From: an uncultured Gemmatimonadales bacterium
GTDB lineage: Bacteria > Gemmatimonadota > Gemmatimonadetes > Gemmatimonadales > GWC2-71-9
Reading direction: 5' to 3'
NCBI GenBank assembly: GCA_963821525.1
Contig: CAWGED010000006.1
Coordinates: forward strand, 1-64,000
DNA: 64,000 nucleotides
Positions 57,909-64,000 of this stretch are shown here, piece by piece. Every line of letters starts with the position of its first letter. The first letter of the stretch is position 1. The position numbers and the translations under genes were made by a program. The notes beneath the pieces are model-generated. The model was given only the letters and a program-made list of their open reading frames with translations. It ran no database searches and was not told the DNA's origin.

Positions 57909-60900
57909 CGCTCACCGTCGGTCAGTTCGCCTATCTGCCGTGGCTCAGGACCGGTGTCGGCGCGGAGATCGCCCGGGTAGATGGCACCCCGGGCTCCGAG
58001 CCCCGGGTCACGTTGCCGATTCGGTGCGGTTCAACGGCGATCCCGGCCTGAGTGATGGCGTCACCCTGGAGCTGTTCGGTCCGGGCGAGGTCACCGGCTT
58101 CGATCCGAGGACCGTGGTGCGCACCTGGCCTAGACCAGGAGTCATGGATGCCGAGTGCAACTATTTCCCGATCATCGAATTCGATCAGGCCGATTTGCCC
58201 TGGCGCTTCACGCCGGCTCGGGCCACGACCGGAGACCGGCTTACTCCGTGGATCACTCTCATCGTTCTGGAAGACAGCGAGATCAAACGGCTGGTGCCGC
58301 CCAGTGGTGACGGGCATCTAGGCTCGGTCGAGATCAAGGATGCCAAGGCGCTGCCGCGCAGCCGGCAGCTCTGGGCCTGGGCGCACGTGCAGGTAAGCGG
58401 AGAAACCAGTGTGGATGCAGCCAAGGCTGCGCGCGCTGATGGCGGCCCGCTCGCCGGCAATCAGGTCGCGGCTGATCGCTCCGCGGCGGATGCAACCGAA
58501 TCACGGCTACACTGCGCTCCTCGTTCCCACTTTCAAGCGCGGCGTGCTGGCGGGTATGGGCCAGGATCCGGGGACCACCGATGCGCTGGCGCCGGCCTGG
58601 AGCGACTCGCCCGGCGGTCCGCTGACGTTGCCGGTGTTCTATCTCTGGCGCTTCGGTACCGGTCCCGATGGAGACTTCGAATCGCTGGCGCGGCTGATCG
58701 AACCCTTCGAGGCGCCCGACTCCATCGGGATTCGCGACATGGATGTATCCGCCGCCTCACCGGCATTCCCTCCGGCGAATACCGGCCCGCTTGGCCTGCG
58801 CGGCATGCTGACCGCGCTCAATACCCCGGATACGCGTGTGGAACCCTGCGGCCCGGCAGACTTGGATCGCCAAGTTGAAGGCGCTGCTGAATCTCCCCGC
58901 TGACCGGGCGGCGATTCCCAACACGCCGCGCACCGTTACCCCTCCACTCTACGGTCAGTGGCCGGCGGCCACCGACCGCTGCGAGGCCGACGTTCAACCG
59001 GAGCGACCGCTCTGGTTCCAGGAGTTGTCGGTCGATCCGCGGCTCCGGGTCGGCGGTGGTCTCGGCACTCGGGTGATTCAGGCCAATCAGGAAGCCCTGA
59101 TGGCGAGTGCATGGGATCAGGTGGAACGGGTGCGGCAACTGAATGAGGAGCTGCGGCAGGCGCAGCTCGCTCGGGAGCTGGCGCTGCGGCTTGCGTCTCG
59201 CCATGTGTTTGTCGACGGGACGCAAAATGTGCTCTATCTCTCCGCGCCGTTACATGCCAGAGTCATGGCGAGCCCAACCACCATACGCGCGGTCCTGAAT
59301 CAGAGTCCGGTTCCCCACGGCGTCCTTGAAGGTGCGTTCCGCCGAGTGTCCAGACCGCTGGGACCGATGGGTCGCCGTCAGGGTCGGCCGGAACAGTCGC
59401 CTCTGGTTCGTGGCTCACTGCTCGGTCGTCTGAACCGTGGCGACCTGAAAGCTGCCGAAGCCACCGGTTACATCACCCACTCTTCCCAGCATGAGCCGGG
59501 TGGCGGATCAGCCGATACCGGGTGGAGTGACCGACGCCGAAGTGCAATCCGCCCAGCAGCGGGCAAAGGGGATGCGGTTATTCGCCTGGCTGGTGCTGCT
59601 CGTGGCACTGGTGCTGCTCGTGTTCGGACTATGGGCCGTGGCGCTCGCTGTCGCCGCGGATCGGCGGCGGGCTTCAGGTTGCCGCCAATCGCCAGGCCGC
59701 CGCAAGCCAAGGCGCTCGCCGAACAAAAGTCGCGTGAAGACGCCGACCGCCATCGGAGAAGCGAGCGTTCAGCAGGGGCGGCTCTCGGGGGACCTGGTCC
59801 GCGACGTGGTGCCTCCGGCCAATTACGCACCTCTCGAAGCACCTGCCACCGGTGCGCCGCGCACGCTGCCGACGATTCCAGCCGGCTCGCCGGCTCCCTC
59901 GCCTGAGATCCTGGCCAAGCTCCGCCAGGCGTACGGCACCATGCTCGATCGCATGGCGCGGCCCACGACGCCGATCGCGACTCTGGTGGAAGCCGATCTG
60001 GACGGTATCGCAGCGACCCTCAAGACCAAGCTCGACCCCACCCTGACCATCGCGCAGGCATACACCGGACGCTACGCCCTCGCCGGCGCTGCAATCTGGG
60101 AGCCGTTCGATCCGCTGGAGCCGCTGCTCGCCGCGCCCGAATTTCCCCAGCCGATGTACCGGCCGCTGGCTCAGCTCGACAACGAGTGGCTGCTGCCGGG
60201 ATTCGACAAGATCCCGCCCAACTCCGCGACGCTGCTCAAGACCAATCAGCGAATGATCGAGGCGTACATGGTGGGCGTGAATCACGAAATGGCGCGCGAG
60301 CTGCTTTGGCGGGAGTACCCCACGACTCAGCGCGCGACCTATTTCCGCCAGTTCTGGGATACCGCAGGGTACGTCGCGCCACCCGGCGGCGGTCTCACTC
60401 CGGAGCAGCTCAAGGACATCGTTCCCATCCATACCTGGCGGCCGCCAAGCGATCTCAAGGAACACAGTCCCCGTCCCCCGGTGCCGGGCGGCGACTCCGA
60501 CTATCTGGTCCTCTTCATCCGGGGCGACCTGCTGCGACGCTACCCGAACACCGAGGTCTACGCCGTGAAGGCCAAGTGGGGTGGGCAGGTTGACGGCCGA
60601 GTCATCGATGACCCTGCCAACGATGTCGAGGCCAAAGAGAAGATCGCGCATCCGCTCTTCTCCGGCTTCATGGATCCGGACGCGAATTTCTTCGGCTTCG
60701 CTCCTTACTAAGGAAGAGGTGTTGGGCGATGGGATTCGGGACGGCGCCAAGCCGGGCTGGTATTTCGTCCTCGCCGAGCCTTCGGGGGAACCGCGCTTCG
60801 GACTGGACGAACCAGAACCGGATACCCCTGACTCCCAATTCGGTCTGCCGGTGAGTGGCGGCTGGAACAATCTCGGCTGGGCGAACCTGGCCGGCAGCCG

Positions 60901-61099
60901 GGCCACGTTGAACGATTTCCTGAGCCTGAATCTGGATGCTTCACTCCCCGACACAACGCTGGTCTCCGACTCCACGACGACGCGATGGCATGCGGACTCG
61001 GGTCCCGGACAACACGGTAGCCGCTCGTCCGATCTCGCCTACATCACGTTGCAGCGGCCCATGCGGATCGCGATCCATGCCTCGGAGATGATTCCCTGA
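57905..61099 (+). CDS. Large hypothetical protein (~1060 aa) with a central hydrophobic segment
   Basis: YLPWLR, IEFDQADLPWRFTP, LWAWAHVQ, GDFESL, ASAWDQ, NHEMARELLWREYPT..FRQFWD, RGDLLRRYP, PRFGLD; GTGA overlap. Confidence 0.75.
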
Positions 61100-64000
61100 T
61101 GGCTGCCACCCCGGTTGATCACCAGCGCGCCCTGCTCGAGGATGCGCGACGCGAGCTCCGTCGCGCCAGGGTCGCTGTCGCTGACGCAGCGGCAAAGTTG
61201 GAGGCGATCAGGCGGGACCGGGATCAAGACCTCCGCCGCCGCGGTGGAAGCCGCCCAGGCGAATGAGGAACGCGCGGCATCCGCGCTCGGCGCCATCCGG
61301 AGAAGAACCAGGGAGGAGTTGGCTTCGCTCGCGGTGGATCTCGGAAACTTTCTCACCCCGACGCCCGAGCAGGAAGTCGCGCGACTCTCCGCCGGCTATC
61401 CCATCGTGCTGCTTCCAGTTCGGATCGAGACCCGCTTTACGGCGGACCAGCTGCTGCTTCGGGTGTATCCCGACGACATCGTAGCCGACAGCTTCGAGCC
61501 GGAGCTGACCGACGAAGAAATCGCCGACGGTCAGGCCTATTGGGACGGGGCATGGCCCGGTGAGGCCGAAGAAAAGCTGGCGTGGAGGGCCATCGTTAAG
61601 AAGCTCGGTGTACCTCGGGGATCCTGGGTGGTCGAGGCGATGACTCCGAGCAATCTCGACAGCCGTCCGGCCGGTGCTCCCGCCTATCTGCCGCCGGCGC
61701 GGCGTGAATCGAGTTGGACTCGGCCGGCGGAAGCCCAGCTGCTTCCCGATCGGTGGCATGTCCTGCTCGATACCGGCGACGGCGAGCGAATCGTTTCGGG
61801 CTCTGCGATTCACGAGCCGCTGGCGCTCACCTTCTCTCCCGATCCCGCCGATCCAACCGATCCGCTGGGGGATGACGGACTCCGTCTCTCATCCGACGTG
61901 CGCTGGACGGTGGACTTCGATCAGGCCGAAAAGGTCGGGATGGGGATCCGGATTCCGCTTTCCAACGCCGAGCGCGGGATGGGCTTTACCCGAGTCATCG
62001 TGTTTGGCGTGAAGTCATCGCTGGCTCCCGACGTCAGTGCCGGCGGAATTCAAGAGCTGCTCGGACACCATCGCCATGGCCGCGGCTTCGCGTTGCTGCC
62101 CCAGGGAACACCGACCAATAACACCTCCGCCGCCACCACTCCGTTTCCACCCAGTGACGGCGACGGCCAGCGAAGCTTCGCGGTCGAGCGAACCGGACTA
62201 CCCGTCGTCGCCGGGCGCGACGGCCCCCGGCTGATCACGGCATTCGGATTGGCGAGCGACACCGCAATCCATCTCGATGGCGCCGACGGACGGGAAGCCG
62301 AGCGGGGCGCTGCCATGGCGCGGGCGCTCTGGCCGGTGACCTGGGGCTACTTCCTGACCGAGCTCATGAAGCCGGTGTTCGAAACGGACGACATCCAGAC
62401 CGCTCAAAGCTTCTTCGTGAATCATGTGAGAGGGCGGGGACCCTACTCCGCGTTTCGGATCGGCGGCACGCCGTATGGAGTACTCCCCGTGTCGAGTCTG
62501 CAGAGCTGGCAAGCGGCGCGGCAGAGCGATGCCGTTGACCGCGCGCTACCCTCGACCCTGCGCACGCTGAGAGCGATCTGGCTCCAGCAGAGCGGTCAGG
62601 TTCCCAGAGTGGGCCGGACTGGCGATCCCGATCAGGATCTGCTGGAAATCCTCGGTCTCGACGCGAGCACCCGCGAGGTCCGAGTCCGGCCGGTGCTGGG
62701 AGAAGATGCGACCTGGAATCTCTTCGGACTCTGGGGCTGGAACGAGCGCATGGACCGCCTGGCTGGATGCCGGTCAGGCCTTGGCCAACCAGGTCTTCAC
62801 CCTGATCGGTCATCCGGAATGGAGACCTCGAATTGCTCAGCTCAACTTCGACCCCAACGCCTGGCCGTTCCGCTATCAACTGGTGACCGAAGATCCGGTG
62901 TCGGAGACGCTGGGTCTCACCCCGAACTACATCGAGTGGATCCGCACCGCTTCGGTGCCGGACCTGATCGCCCAATCGGTTCCCGCCGACTGGGACCGGC
63001 CGGTCTCATTGCTGTATCGTCTGCTCCGCCACGGCGGCCTGCTCGAGTATCAGAACGCCTCCTATCTGCTCGGCGTCCGGTTCCAAACCGTTGAAGTGGG
63101 AGCCGCGGTGGAGCGGGAGATCGTCGGACTGCCCGGCACGGCGCAAGGTCCGAACCGGGTCGAGCAGATGATGCAGCCGATCGGACAGCTCAGCGGCTCG
63201 GCTCCGCTGCACACCTTTCTCTCCGATCCGGCCAACACTGCCATCATTCGCAGTCTGCTGCCCGATGAGCCGGTCGTCGGGTTCCGGGATGCGTTGGCCG
63301 CGCTGTCGGGCGCCAGCACCGCGGAGCTGGAGCGGCTGCTGGGAGAGACGCTGGATGTATCCTCCCACCGGCTCGATGCCTGGATCACCGGACTCGCGGC
63401 CAAGCGACTCGAGCAAATGCGCTCGGCTCGGCCACTCGGCTGTCATATCGGCGCCTACGGATGGGTTGAGAATCTCCGGCCCCGCCCCGCCTCGAGCGCG
63501 CATCCGGTCCGGCTCTCCGACGGGAGCATGGCGGCGCGGCAGGACGGGAACGGCGGCTACGTGCATGCGCCGTCGATGACCCATGCAGCCGCCGCGGCGA
63601 TTCTTCGAAACGGGTATCTCTCTCGAACCGGAGACGATCGCAAGAAGTACGCGGTGGATCTCTCGTCGGCCCGAGTTCGCGCCGGCCGGTTCGTGCTCGA
63701 TGCGGTGCGGGAAGGGCAGCCAGTCGGCGCGGTCTTCGGCTATCAGATGGAGCGGGGGCTGCACGATCATAATCTCGACAAATGGATCGCTCCGCTTCGG
63801 GCTCGCTATCCGCTGGTGGCCGGGAAATCCGGTGACCCCGAGGATTTCGATCCCAACGATCCGGATCAACCCAAGGAACACATCGCCGCCCAAAACGTGG
63901 TGGATGGTCTGGCGCTGCGCCGAGCCTATCAGGCAGGGGAGATCCCGTGGGGCCAGTTCGGTCTGCCCAATGGCGGGGCCGACCAGGCGGGCGTGGAAGC
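61099..64000 (+). CDS. Very large hypothetical protein (incomplete, runs off the window); N-terminal coiled coil
   Basis: TGATG overlap; LLPVRIETRF, LLRVYPDD, LLPDRW, WTVDF..AEKVGM, QGTPTNNT, GTPYGVLP, SHRLDAW, GGYVHAPS, AAILRNGY. Confidence 0.75.

Noticed and set aside
330..64000. Mass pseudogenisation suggested by the many frameshifts
   Set aside because: Single-base indels occur in nearly all long genes while motifs and codon bias stay intact and in-frame nonsense codons are rare; this is better explained by sequencing error
51464..64000. Prophage, T6SS or extracellular contractile injection system
   Set aside because: No recognisable sheath, tube, baseplate, VgrG, PAAR, terminase or capsid motifs in the visible part

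Overview
GC-rich bacterial window, probably Gemmatimonadota. This is inferred from the N-terminus of the Ser/Thr kinase-TPR protein and the repeat-laden intergenic regions. Almost every long gene carries single-base frameshifts, which look like long-read consensus errors, so many CDS boundaries below are reconstructed across frames. Contents in order: kinase-TPR; an arsenic cassette (internally deleted acr3 plus arsA) bracketed by two diverged copies of the 3' end of an XRE regulator gene; an ABM-like protein and Hsp20; MNT-HEPN and HigBA toxin-antitoxin modules, each bracketed by direct repeats; a sugar ABC transporter; a ~14 kb defence island (two HNH nucleases, a MazG/DCTPP1-like pyrophosphatase, a PLD-SNF2 helicase, a type ISP-like N6-MTase, a GmrSD-like protein and a TM0106 nuclease-helicase); a degenerate integron-type cassette array (attC-like sites, no integrase); then vWA, USP, GH63-like, UPF0182, Uma2, Bor, LigC and a LigD-type primase-polymerase. 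From 51.4 kb to the window end is a tightly coupled operon of two paralogous trypsin-like serine proteases, a DUF6603-like beta-rich protein and two ~1000+ aa proteins of unknown function. This operon is the best candidate for an undescribed system. No rRNA, tRNA or CRISPR array was found. Family assignments come from motif recognition by eye, not database searches.
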